NCBI GenBank assembly: GCA_964016885.1
Contig: OZ024740.1
Coordinates: 277,636,001 to 277,700,000, forward strand
Direction: 5' to 3'
DNA from: Eledone cirrhosa
Lineage: Eukaryota
DNA: 64,000 nucleotides
Shown here: positions 39,906 through 53,050 of the stretch, piece after piece
Position numbering within the stretch: position 1 is the stretch's first letter
Layout of the letters: every line of letters begins with the position of its first letter
Position numbers and translations under genes: made by a program
The notes under the pieces: model-generated
The model's database searches: none
The model's input: the letters and a program-made list of their open reading frames with translations, nothing else
What the model was told of the DNA's origin: nothing

Positions 39906-40670
39906 CGTTATTCCGGGTTAAATTAAGAACACAATAAAACTCTCCTACTCCACCACACCTAATCTATCTAGGAATATAGCCAACCACAATTCTAAAAAAT
40001 TAAATAAGCTAACCACCTCCCGACACAATCCCCGGACTGGGCCCCTGTGTAATTGCCTAAAGGAAGCCTGCCCACTTGAAAACAAATGCCTGACAAATGA
40101 TATCGTATACACATGCGATTTCATCTCAGGCACCGACGATTGCAATAACAAAAAGACTTACATCGGCATGACTTCCAATAACTTTAAGACGCGTTGGTAT
40201 GCCCATACCCACTCCTTCAGAAACCGGACAAATCAAACCAGACAACACTCGCCTCCTATGTTTGAGACGTCAAAAGGAACTCCACCCCCTTCACGCTTAA
40301 ATGGAAAATACTCCAGAAAGCGCGCTCCTATAACGGAGGACAGAAGGGCTGCGAACTTTGTATCTCAGAGAGATATGAAATTTTATTCGCCAAGGGGCCG
40401 CTACTGAACAAACTCTCTGAACACTGCCCGAACTGCATGCACAAGAACTATGCAACTTTCAAATACCTTAAGCCAGTGTTAAAGCCCGATGGCTAAAAAC
40501 GACTTCCTCCTTTTAGCCCCTCTACATCCTTCCAACTCCAACCCCACCCATCCTCAACCTGAAATACGGCCACTATGGTTATGTGAGTACCTCTTACCTA
40601 TCTGCATTTTCTGCCTGTAGAGCTGTTTTTATGTGCCTGTGTATAGGCGTATATTTATTGAGTACTTATT
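39906..40670 (+). mobile_element. 5'-truncated Naiad-like PLE, GIY-YIG end only
   Basis: TIKLSYSTTPNL...CNCLKEACPLENKCL..IVY...YIGMTSNNFKTRW..H...CELC..E...CMHK, with a frameshift and a stop. It is preceded by a 14-nt arm cgttattccgggtt also seen at 39615. Confidence 0.85.
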
Positions 40671-40679
40671 TGTATATAT

Positions 40680-40751
<72 letters not shown>

Positions 40752-40855
40752 AAGTTATATTTAAAAATTGTTGGGTTACAACTAGTAAATATTTATAACT
40801 GATATAAAAGCACTCGACAAATATTTGGAGTATATTTACAATATTAAATAAATGG

Positions 40856-40962
40856 AAAACTATATTTATAAAACCATATTTATTTCATTATATATATTTC
40901 GGGGATATCATATTAACAACATGCTATGCCTTCATCAGACAAAATACAATATAAACAGTTTT
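40856..40962 (-). ncRNA. Type I hammerhead ribozyme candidate
   Basis: Reverse complement of 41086-41192 with intact CTGATGA and GAAA. Confidence 0.7.
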
Positions 40963-41085
40963 ATAGATAAATATATTCGACATACCGTAATAAACATCGA
41001 CTTCATTTGAAGAGGTTTACGCTAGCAGTAAACCTCTTCAAATGAAGTCGATGTTTATTACGGTATGTCGAATATATTTATCTAT

Positions 41086-41192
41086 AAAACTGTTTATATT
41101 GTATTTTGTCTGATGAAGGCATAGCATATTGTTAATATGATATCCCCGAAATATATATAATGAAATAAATATGGTTTTATAAATATAGTTTT
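41086..41192 (+). ncRNA. Type I hammerhead ribozyme candidate
   Basis: Stem I TATTTTGT/ATGAAATA with extensions, CTGATGA at 41110-41116, imperfect stem II (catatt/aatatg), GAAA at 41148-41151, palindromic stem III ATATATAT and AUA cleavage triplet. Confidence 0.7.
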
Positions 41193-41205
41193 CCATTTAT
41201 TTAAT

Positions 41206-41277
<72 letters not shown>

Positions 41278-41278
<1 letters not shown>

Positions 41279-41600
41279 TGTTATACTTTGGGAGAGTCAT
41301 GTTGCCAATAAGAAACACACGCACCAGTTGCTGTCACTTCAATTTATTATAATAAATTTATAAATTTAGGAATTTATAAATTTCCGGTTGGTTGGTTGGT
41401 TCCACAACCAGATGGTTGTTTATATATTGTCAAAGTTCTTTCGTTACACATTCTGTGACCTCTTCAGCGACTGGGGATTCTTTTCTTTGTTTTTTGTGCC
41501 TCTCCTTTGTTCTGTCCTACGCCATCTTGTTTTTGTGTGTGTGTTGTGTGCTTAGTTTGCGCAAACTAAGCACACAACTAAGCACACAAACTAAGCACAC

Positions 41601-41603
<3 letters not shown>
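41278..41603 (-). mobile_element. Terminal repeat of the 37738 family with a hammerhead candidate at 41429-41471
   Basis: Minus strand reads gtcg CTGAAGA ggtcacagaatgtgtaac GAAA gaacTT tgac. It starts at the same ttgttatacttt end as 37738 and 9751. Confidence 0.7.
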
Positions 41604-41654
<51 letters not shown>

Positions 41655-41740
41655 TATATATGTGTGTATGTATGTGTATGTATGTGTATGTTTATGTATA
41701 TATATATATACGTGTATGTGTGTATGTATGTATATGTGTG

Positions 41741-41811
<71 letters not shown>

Positions 41812-42094
41812 GCATATGTATATATATATGTGTATATATGTGTGTATATGTGTGTGTGTATACGTATATAGATATATGTATGTATATATATATATATATA
41901 TATGTGTGTATATATATGTGTGTATGTATGTGTATGTATGTATGTATGTGTATGTATGTGTATATATATGCATATGTATGTGTATATATGTGTGTATATA
42001 TATGTATATATGTATGTGTGTATGTCTGTTTGTGTATAGTTATATATATATATGTATGTTTGTATGTGTGTATGTGTATGTATGTGTATGTATG

Positions 42095-42171
<77 letters not shown>

Positions 42172-42182
42172 ATATATATATA
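41604..42182. repeat. Compound (TA)n/(TG)n/(TATG)n microsatellite
   Basis: Directly visible. Confidence 0.95.
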
Positions 42183-42700
42183 TTTTTTGGGGGGGGGCGA
42201 GTGTGTGAGTGTGTGTTTGGGAATGTGTCTGTTGACTTTTGGAATATAGTTTAAGAGAAATTTGAAGATGGTATGATATGCACTAATGAACTGGGTAATT
42301 GCTGGCCTTGTGCCTAAAGTAGAAACAAATATTTTGAACTGGTCTACAGAATTCTCTAGGCCTTTGTCACTAAGTAGAACTTTATAGAATTACCTTTTAA
42401 AGAATTTCCCTTTTCTTTAAATCCATCAACCATGACTGACCCCCAACCATCTTATAGACACCTGAAATATAGGCATTGTTAGCTTAAGAGAAACTTAAAA
42501 ATAAGGAGTGGCACCCCATTCCGAACTTGTTTATAGAATTTTTTCTGCCTTTGTTACGTTAAATATAAATTATAGCTTTAAAGAATTAGCTTTTAATGAA
42601 TTCCCTTTTCTATCAACCAATGACCTCTAACCATCCCACTCCCTACCCTGTCCTACCACCCGAAGAGACCTATAAATACCATATTTATTTTTTGATACCC

Positions 42701-42751
42701 AGATTCCTGATGATTTCTAAAGAATGAAACAGTTCTAGTCCTGTAGAATCT
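42701..42751 (+). ncRNA. Type I hammerhead ribozyme candidate
   Basis: agattc CTGATGA tttctaaagaat GAAA cag-ttctagtc-ctg TA gaatct. Stem I is 6 bp, stem II is TTC/GAA, stem III is ACAG/CTGT, cleavage triplet GUA. It lies ~15 nt before (TA)n. Confidence 0.75.
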
Positions 42752-42763
42752 CATCTATATTCA

Positions 42764-42862
<99 letters not shown>

Positions 42863-42873
42863 TATCTGTATAT

Positions 42874-42921
<48 letters not shown>

Positions 42922-42993
42922 GCTTTATATAAATATATATATATCAGTGATTAAATGATTGAAAGTTTAAACACTCTTTGACTGTTATTTACA

Positions 42994-43066
<73 letters not shown>

Positions 43067-43191
43067 TGTATGTATGTATATTGACTTTTAGCTAAGTAGT
43101 GGAATTCCAGGCAACAAGGCTCACCACTGTATCATAATAAATGAATATTTAAACTCTGCTCCCGTATTCCTCGCGTCCGTCATTAAGACAC

Positions 43192-43264
<73 letters not shown>

Positions 43265-43587
43265 ACAACGTGTGTGTGTGTGTATGTATGTATGTGTATG
43301 TATTTTTTTCTCACTAGTCTGTTCTTTCGTTGCTACAGATCACGCACCTGAATTACCGGTCGCTATCTTCAATTTGCAAAGCCCTTTAAACTCTAGGTTA
43401 TTACTCTGAGGTCTATACATTGTCGAGTGCTTGGCTGCGCTGCTTAAAGCATTCGTTGGCCTATATATATATATATATATAGTAATAATAATAAATTTGA
43501 AGACTAAAATCCAAAGGGGGCTCGATAAGGATAAATATATATCAAATATAATAAGAACCGTAGAGCAAATATTTATTTAATCTGTTA

Positions 43588-43700
<113 letters not shown>

Positions 43701-43861
43701 GAATATATATATATACTGGAAGGTAATATCCGTAGTGGGATCCGCTAAGGTGAAACAATTGTTCTCGTTATGGTGAACTAACTGTTGTGTAACCCTTCTA
43801 TATATATGTATATAAAAGAGAGAGAGCGAGAGAGAGAGAGAGAGCGAGAGAGAGAGAGAGT

Positions 43862-43951
<90 letters not shown>

Positions 43952-44549
43952 TGTACGCATGTGTGTAGAGCAACATAATTAAACGTATCAGCATGTGTGT
44001 AGAGCAACATAATTAAACGTATCAGCTAATAAACCACAATTTTGGTTTTGTAAATTGATCAACATCACAGTACCCACAACGATTTCTATTGAACATAAGT
44101 GTCATACATAAGACTAGAATTTCTCCCATGGAAAACAACTGTCAATGAAAGCAGATTCCAATCGACTAATAAATGTTTCACTAGAAATCCGATAACTACA
44201 GTGACAATGGAGTACCAATTCCCTAGAAATGAATAGCATAGAATATGCTTTGTAAACGGGCAAATGGAAGTAACTGAATACTATTATGGATATTACTGAA
44301 GAAAGGAGGAATATAAGTTTCTCTTTCCAATCATTTAAACAAATTACATGCAATTGAAAGACAACGAAATAACTTTAAACTAGGGATAAACTGGACAACT
44401 TTACTAAAGATAAAGTAATAACGAGTAGACGGATTACAAATTTCAATCAGTATTAAAGAGACCTGTTTCACAAAATAAATAAAATATTCTATCTGCAGAT
44501 TCCATCAGCCAATTCTGAAATGAAGACAATCATATTAGCTAAGGTCAGA

Positions 44550-44900
44550 AAATCTATAAAACTATTCCAGAAGTATTAATCACTGGGTTTAAAGGGAGTC
44601 GCACCTGAAAGAATCATAAGACCAGGTTTGTTCACAAAATGTATTAATTGTATCTGAAATTCCAACGGAATGAAAGAAAGGAATTGAAATTAAAATACAT
44701 AACTAGGACAACTAGCTGGAGGGATTATGACTATTCAGTAGAAAATTTAAGCCGGAATTGCACCCACTCTTTGTAAAAATAAAAGGGAAATAAAAAGGGA
44801 AAGCAGGCTTTTCAATCGCAAATTAAATGATACCAAATTATGTCTATGCTGGGTTGATTTCCAGAAGTATCTTGATAGCAAAGCAAGGATTGCGAAGATA
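44550..44900 (+). mobile_element. Possible decayed LINE RT remnant (R4/Dong-like)
   Basis: Trace LCLCWVDFQKYLDS resembles the W.D..KA.DS motif. No intact ORF. Confidence 0.35.
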
Positions 44901-45134
44901 ATCAGAAGATATTGCAAAATCAAAAATATACTGAAGATGTATTGTGCAGAAATTTCAGAAAATCTTTTGAGGTGGTTTTCTATTCAAATTCAGTAAGTCA
45001 TGTTGGCTCTCTTCCCTTTGTGTCTTTATTATTTGAAATTCCTGCCAATTCCATTTACTTTGTATATCTTGCGAAAACAGATTTCTCAGTAACACACCTA
45101 ATAGATTATCTTTCCCGGGGAAACAGTTATGAGA

Positions 45135-45212
<78 letters not shown>

Positions 45213-45613
45213 AGAAGAAGTTTACGAAATGGAAAACAGTGTTTAGTACTATTATTATAGAAAGCCATATCTTGTGTATAAACATATAAGACAGAAATTT
45301 GCAAACGGTGGTGTAAAAAGGTAACATTATATGCATTTAAAAAAAGAAAAAGTCGTTTTCAAACGATGGTTACAGTATAGAGAACGTTCAATTTTGCTGT
45401 TTAAAAGTTTGTTTACCGACGACGTTAAAATACAGTATATCTCTAAATTGCATAACTTGCAGAATCGATGATTTTATATATATATATATATATATATATA
45501 AGTTGAAAAAAATGAAAACGAAATTTCATTTCTCACTCTTAGTATGGCACTTACTTAAATGTAAGTATGTATGTATACGTACATACATATATGTATACAG
45601 ACGTACAGTAGCA

Positions 45614-45693
<80 letters not shown>

Positions 45694-45866
45694 TATACAC
45701 ATATGCATACAGGTACACATACATATATGCACGCATCAGTTTAGCCGGAGTTTATTATAACGCCGGCCGCTTTGTTCGTTTGTTTGTCAACAAAGCGAAC
45801 AGCCTGAATTTATGCCATACGGTGTTAAGGCAACCACGTCACCTTTTTGTTCAACACTGACACAGG

Positions 45867-45911
45867 AACGATGTACTAGTTTCAAGCTTGTTAGCTATCA
45901 TCAGCACCGTT
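45867..45911 (-). ncRNA. Type I hammerhead ribozyme (unit 1)
   Basis: Minus strand reads aacggtg CTGATGA tagctaacaagctt GAAA ctag TA catcgtt. Confidence 0.85.
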
Positions 45912-46146
45912 TACCCATCTGCCAGATAGTTGAACGTTCGAAAGTATATACTTTCCTTATGAAAATTAACGGCTGAGCAGCCTAATTTGCATATTGAGTG
46001 AGTTAAATCGGTCAGGCATACCGAAAACGATAAGTTGAAAAAAAATGAAAACGAAATTTCATTTCTCACTCTTAGTATGGCACTTACTTAAATGTAAGTA
46101 TGTATGTATACGTACATACATATATGTATACAGACGTACAGTAGCA

Positions 46147-46212
<66 letters not shown>

Positions 46213-46385
46213 TATACACATATGCATACAGGTACACATACATATATGCACGCATCAGTTTAGCCGGAGTTTATTATAACGCCGGCCGCTTTGTTCGTTT
46301 GTTTGTCAACAAAGCGAACAGCCTGAATTTATGCCATACGGTGTTAAGGCAACCACGTCACCTTTTTGTTCAACACTGACACAGG

Positions 46386-46430
46386 AACGATGTACTAGTT
46401 TCAAGCTTGTTAGCTATCATCAGCACCGTT
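46386..46430 (-). ncRNA. Type I hammerhead ribozyme (unit 2)
   Basis: Same motif as unit 1. Confidence 0.85.
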
Positions 46431-46664
46431 TACCCATCTGCCAGATAGTTGAACGTTCGAAAGTATATACTTTCCTTATGAAAATTAACGGCTGAGCAGC
46501 CTAATTTGCATATTGAGTGAGTTAAATCGGTCAGGCATACCGAAAACGATAAGTTGAAAAAAATGAAAACGAAATTTCATTTCTCACTCTTAGTATGGCA
46601 CTTACTTAAATGTAAGTATGTATGTATACGTACATACATATGTGTATACAGACGTACAGTAGCA

Positions 46665-46744
<80 letters not shown>

Positions 46745-46917
46745 TATACACATATGCATACAGGTACACATACATATATGCACGCATCAGTTTAGCCGGA
46801 GTTTATTATAACGCCGGCCGCTTTGTTCGTTTGTTTGTCAACAAAGCGAACAGCCTGAATTTATGCCATACGGTGTTAAGGCAACCACGTCACCTTTTTG
46901 TTCAACACTGACACAGG

Positions 46918-46962
46918 AACGATGTACTAGTTTCAAGCTTGTTAGCTATCATCAGCACCGTT
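46918..46962 (-). ncRNA. Type I hammerhead ribozyme (unit 3)
   Basis: Same motif as unit 1. Confidence 0.85.
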
Positions 46963-47196
46963 TACCCATCTGCCAGATAGTTGAACGTTCGAAAGTATAT
47001 ACTTTCCTTATGAAAATTAACGGCTGAGCAGCCTAATTTGCATATTGAGTGAGTTAAATCGGTCAGGCATACCGAAAACGATAAGTTGAAAAAAATGAAA
47101 ACGAAATTTCATTTCTCACTCTTAGTATGGCACTTACTTAAATGTAAGTATGTATGTATACGTACATACATATGTGTATACAGACGTACAGTAGCA

Positions 47197-47282
<86 letters not shown>

Positions 47283-47455
47283 TATACACATATGCATACA
47301 GGTACACATACATATATGCACGCATCAGTTTAGCCGGAGTTTATTATAACGCCGGCCGCTTTGTTCGTTTGTTTGTCAACAAAGCGAACAGCCTGAATTT
47401 ATGCCATACGGTGTTAAGGCAACCACGTCACCTTTTTGTTCAACACTGACACAGG

Positions 47456-47500
47456 AACGATGTACTAGTTTCAAGCTTGTTAGCTATCATCAGCACCGTT
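47456..47500 (-). ncRNA. Type I hammerhead ribozyme (unit 4)
   Basis: Same motif as unit 1. Confidence 0.85.
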
Positions 47501-47734
47501 TACCCATCTGCCAGATAGTTGAACGTTCGAAAGTATATACTTTCCTTATGAAAATTAACGGCTGAGCAGCCTAATTTGCATATTGAGTGAGTTAAATCGG
47601 TCAGGCATACCGAAAACGATAAGTTGAAAAAAATGAAAACGAAATTTCATTTCTCACTCTTAGTATGGCACTTACTTAAATGTAAGTATGTATGTATACG
47701 TACATACATATATGTATACAGACGTACAGTAGCA

Positions 47735-47810
<76 letters not shown>

Positions 47811-48058
47811 TATACACATATGCATACAGGTACACATACATATATGCACGCATCAGTTTAGCCGGAGTTTATTATAACGCCGGCCGCTTTGTTCGTTTGT
47901 TTGTCAACAAAGCGAACAGCCTGAATTTATGCCAACTTATCGTTTTCGGTATGCCTGACCGATTTAACTCACTCAATATGCAAATTAGGCTGCTCAGCCG
48001 TTAATTTTCATAAGGAAAGTATATACTTTCGAACGTTCAACTATCTGGCAGATGGGTA

Positions 48059-48103
48059 AACGGTGCTGATGATAGCTAACAAGCTTGAAACTAGTACATC
48101 GTT
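48059..48103 (+). ncRNA. Type I hammerhead ribozyme (inverted copy)
   Basis: CTGATGA at 48066-48072, GAAA at 48087-48090, palindromic ACTAGT stem III and GUA site. Stem I is 7 bp and extends via ctggca/tgtcag and gttcaac/gttgaac. Confidence 0.85.
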
Positions 48104-48276
48104 CCTGTGTCAGTGTTGAACAAAAAGGTGACGTGGTTGCCTTAACACCGTATGGCATAAATTCAGGCTGTTCGCTTTGTTGACAAACAAACGAACAAAG
48201 CGGCCGGCGTTATAATAAACTCCGGCTAAACTGATGCGTGCATATATGTATGTGTACCTGTATGCATATGTGTATA

Positions 48277-48358
<82 letters not shown>

Positions 48359-48411
48359 TGCTACTGTACGTCTGTATACATATATGTATGTACGTATACA
48401 TACATACTTAC

Positions 48412-48479
<68 letters not shown>

Positions 48480-49367
48480 ATATATTGCGAAACATTGGCT
48501 ATTGTTTTCCGTCTCTAGATTTTTGCAGCGAGTGAAAGAGTAAATGAGAGGTTAAAACATTCTCAGATAAATAGCAAGCTTATATGAAACACGTATTCTC
48601 AACATAACACTTGTGTGATATTCCTTAACTCTTTCATCAGATATATATAGCTCAAGGGTCAAAGGTTAGTGCTGAAGCAAATAAGTGAAACATTCACTTA
48701 GTCATTAGAATTCGCTATACTAATAAAAACCCATTTTCCTTCAATCCACAGAGATAGCTTGATTCACTCTAATATTCACTTCTCCTCATGAATATTATAT
48801 GAAGCATTGACCTATACCAACATCCTTAAATATGCATAAATATAAACATATATAAACTGACGTTTCAGATTGCACGTTATCAAATATTCTGAAACAATCA
48901 TAATTAATATATTTATATTATATTGGATCGTCAAATATGAAATATGTAGATATTTGTAGAGGAAAAGTAAATTTCTACAAATTTCATACTTGACGACCTA
49001 ATATAACGAATTATCATGTATCTCCATATCTAAACGATTCATCTAAATATTATTGGATGTAATCAAAATTATGAATGATCTTAATCAGTCATGATTAATT
49101 ACTTTTCATCGTCTAACTATGGTGGCCTTGCATTTTGATTGGAAGGTTGTAGCCTATAATCTGATCAGGTAACTTAACTAATGGCTCTAATTGGGAAATA
49201 TAATGGTAAAAATATGCAAGGCTCTATATAAATAAGAAATGAAGAGGAACATATGCAGGTCAATTTTTATTCATGACGTCGTATATTTGATATATCTATA
49301 TATATATCTATATATCTATATATATATATATATCTATATATATCTCTCTCTCTGGCTCTCTCTCTCA

Positions 49368-49731
<364 letters not shown>

Positions 49732-49879
49732 TTTGAGTTTATCTTGGTTGTATACCAACACCTCAGTATGCAGGCTGGAGCACTCGACGAAGTGCGCGCT
49801 GGTTGGTTTGGTTACTCCGGAGTAGTGTAAAATAAAGTTAAATAAAAAGTCAAATGATTAAAATTTACCTTCGTTTATT

Positions 49880-49936
49880 ACTGCTATATATATATTTCAG
49901 TGACAGCCATCTTTGGCTGTGACCTCTTCAGGCAGT
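49880..49936 (-). ncRNA. Type I hammerhead ribozyme candidate
   Basis: Minus strand reads actgc CTGAAGA ggtcacagcca-aaga-tggctgtcact GAAA tatatata TA gcagt. Confidence 0.75.
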
Positions 49937-50149
49937 TTGAATTAGTATGGTATAGACAAGTGTATAATATTGTCAATACTCTGATTTGCCCAGTTCCTGG
50001 TTGGGTTATTATTTCACTGAGGAACTGGAATCATATGACTCCAGTTCCTCAGTGAATTAACAACCCAACCAGGAACTGGGCATATCAGAGTATTGACAAT
50101 ATTATACACCTTAACAACCTATGTACTTGTCTATACCATACTAATTCAA

Positions 50150-50204
50150 ACTGCCTGAAGAGGTCACAGCCAAAGATGGCTGTCTCTGAAATATATATAG
50201 CAGT
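50150..50204 (+). ncRNA. Type I hammerhead ribozyme candidate
   Basis: actgc CTGAAGA ggtcacagcca-aaga-tggctgtctct GAAA tatata TA gcagt. Confidence 0.75.
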
Positions 50205-50249
50205 AATAAACGAAGCTAAATTTTAATCATTTGACTTTTTATTTAACTT

Positions 50250-50281
<32 letters not shown>

Positions 50282-50325
50282 TGACGAGACGTAAGTCAAT
50301 TGCATGAACTCATAATGCTTTATTT

Positions 50326-50381
50326 ACTGGTATATATATTTCGATGATAGCCATTGAATGGCTATGACCTCATCAGGCAGT
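50326..50381 (-). ncRNA. Type I hammerhead ribozyme candidate in a related terminal-repeat island (50281-50446)
   Basis: Minus strand reads actgc CTGATGA ggtcatagccatt-c-aatggctatcatc GAAA tatata TA ccagt. The first stem I pair is mismatched. Confidence 0.65.
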
Positions 50382-50444
50382 TAGTCAGTTCTTAGATATG
50401 TCAGCTCTGTGTTTATGGTGTTGATGGAATCAGAGCCTTGCGAC

Positions 50445-50490
<46 letters not shown>

Positions 50491-50728
50491 CATTATATTC
50501 TCTCTGCATAACACTCTGAAAGTCGTTTTCACCACCTTTGTAGGTAACATAAATTGTCCACATCTCTCTTTTCCGTTCATTGTCAATTTACACACCATCC
50601 GTTCGTGATGTCTACAGTTGATATATGTATGGCTAAAAGAGTGTTTGTCTCTAGTGCAAAAGTAGGTGAGATGATGGACACTGAAATATTGAATATGTGT
50701 CTATATATATATATAGATATGTGTGTAC

Positions 50729-50814
<86 letters not shown>

Positions 50815-50822
50815 GTGTGTGT

Positions 50823-51003
50823 ATGGGAGCCCCTACATGGACAGACTGGAAGAGGAAGACCAAGATTAACGTATGTTGATGCCCTAAGGACGGACACTGG
50901 TCTGTTGTAGACGCAGGACATAGCAGCGATAAAGCGATAATGAGGGACAAAGACCGCTGGAGAGAACTCGTCCATGGATCTCGGGAATTTTACCCGCCCT
51001 AGA
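50823..51003 (+). mobile_element. 3' end of an RTE-clade LINE
   Basis: WEPLHGQTGRGRPRLTYVDALRTDTG...MRDKDRWRELV is a typical RTE C-terminus. Confidence 0.75.
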
Positions 51004-51020
51004 TATATATATATATATAT

Positions 51021-51560
<540 letters not shown>

Positions 51561-51800
51561 AAGCCACGAGGCTGGTCACGCCAGTGCATATCCTGGTTTC
51601 CTGGACAAGACCCACCGCTGGACAGAACTCCAGTACACCGCATGGTTAAAGCCTCAGCTATTGTTGGTACTCATTTTCAGCTGAGTATACTGGAGCAACG
51701 TTTTTCTCAAGAACACAACACACAATCCAGCCCAGGAATCGAACCCAACAATATTATGACCGCAAATCCGACACTCTTACCACTAGGCCATGTGGCACCA
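51561..51800 (-). mobile_element. Decayed tRNA-derived SINE (family B-related)
   Basis: Reverse strand has tggcctagtggtaagag, ggttcgattcc and a CORE-like segment. Confidence 0.65.
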
Positions 51801-51843
51801 TTAAACTTTAATCCAATCATGGGGTGTAGACGCAATACAATAA

Positions 51844-52271
51844 TCTATACTATAATAAGAGGCGTGTCTTTAGGGAATACTACTCTACCTAACTAAAGCG
51901 TAACGTGGGAACAAAAGAAAAATACGGAGTTGATTTTTCGTTTTCTTTTTTAGTGTGTATGTGTTTGTGTGCATTCATGTGTGTGTGTATGTATATTTGT
52001 GTGTTTCTGTATGCCCATCAACGTAACACAAACTTTAAAAAAAAGACTTTCACTATAAGAACAGGTAGTTGTTGAGAGAGAAATACAGTGAGAGAGAGAG
52101 TGTGTGTTTGTGTGTTTTGTGTGTGTATAAGTGGGTGAGAGTGAAATATAAAAAGATAGAGTTGTCCCCACATGATGGGGCGGGTTCAAATATAAGTGGA
52201 ACTCTGTCAACATGTATAGAAAAACGTGTGTGTGGTTGTATATCCTTAGGAAAACCCCAAGCTACAATTAG
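51844..52271 (+). mobile_element. Probable decayed non-autonomous Helitron
   Basis: Starts A|TCTATACTATAATAA and ends with weak hairpin cttagg..cccaag then TTAG|T. Confidence 0.45.
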
Positions 52272-52849
52272 TATTTATAATAAACTGCGACGGTGTTTGC
52301 TTTAAGTAGTTGTGTTTCGCTTGCCTACCGATTAATCAGGTATTTCTGAGGTTGAATTACGTCACTCTAAGCACTAACAGTTATTTCTATGGTTCATATT
52401 TTTTCTCGTGAGATCGTTTTGAAAATGTTGCCATTTATAATGTAAAGGATAGAAATTCAATTTTGCATGGAATATAAATAGCGATAATTACAATTACAGC
52501 ATACAGATAGGACTTCTGCAAAATATCTTTTGATTTTATTAGTATTTGATGCAATATAATTGTTTCTACTTTTGGCACAAGGCCAGCAATTACTCAGTAC
52601 ATTACTGGTACTTTATTTTTATCGATCCCGTAAGGATGAAAGGCAAAGTTGATGCAATATAATGTAAAGAAATTACATTGACACTGGCCAATTTTATCAA
52701 GCCATCAATAGAAAACATATAGTGAGAATAGTCCATAGATAATCAAATCAACTCAGGAGCGCTTCGACAATCTATGGTGCCGCAATAGTCGTTATACGTT
52801 ATTACTTATTTAGATTCTGTATGTTCATATTTTGAACGTTATTTCTTCT

Positions 52850-53050
52850 GCGGAAGTTGCGTGACTTAGAGCATAGAAAATTGGATTCGCAATAGTGAGG
52901 TTGCGAGTTCGATTCTTGAAAAGAGTGATGCGTTATGTCCTTAAGCTAGACACTTTATTTCACATAACTCCTTCTTTCAAGAGTTGCGACCGGTAGATAA
53001 TACCATCAATGGAAAGCATTGTTTCCTTGGTCCGATTTGAAGTGTCCCAC
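52850..53050 (+). mobile_element. Decayed SINE family B
   Basis: gagttcgattct...tgtccttaagctagacactttatttcac. Confidence 0.6.

Larger units (their letters stand above)
40748..41210. mobile_element. Inverted pair of terminal repeats of the 6115-9694 PLE family
   Basis: Left arm 40748-41029 is the reverse complement of 9415-9694. Right arm 41030-41210 is forward and lacks the last ~85 nt. (TA)n lies on both sides. Confidence 0.9.
45499..48416 (-). mobile_element. Candidate retrozyme: tandem ~530-bp hammerhead-containing units plus an inverted terminal copy, in (TA)n
   Basis: Units start at 45499, 46031, 46550, 47082 and 47620 (partial, to 47934). The inverted copy spans 47933-48416. Units are nearly identical and non-coding, with one hammerhead per full unit. 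Confidence 0.85.

Noticed and set aside
41392-42254. Many ORFs rich in YI, CV, HT or LS dipeptides here and throughout the window
   Set aside because: They are translations of (TA)n, (TG)n and (GA)n microsatellites.
45499-47934. The array as a CRISPR locus or as tandem small genes (85-aa ORFs)
   Set aside because: There are no unique spacers, the context is eukaryotic, and the ORFs run through (TA)n and change frame with tract length.
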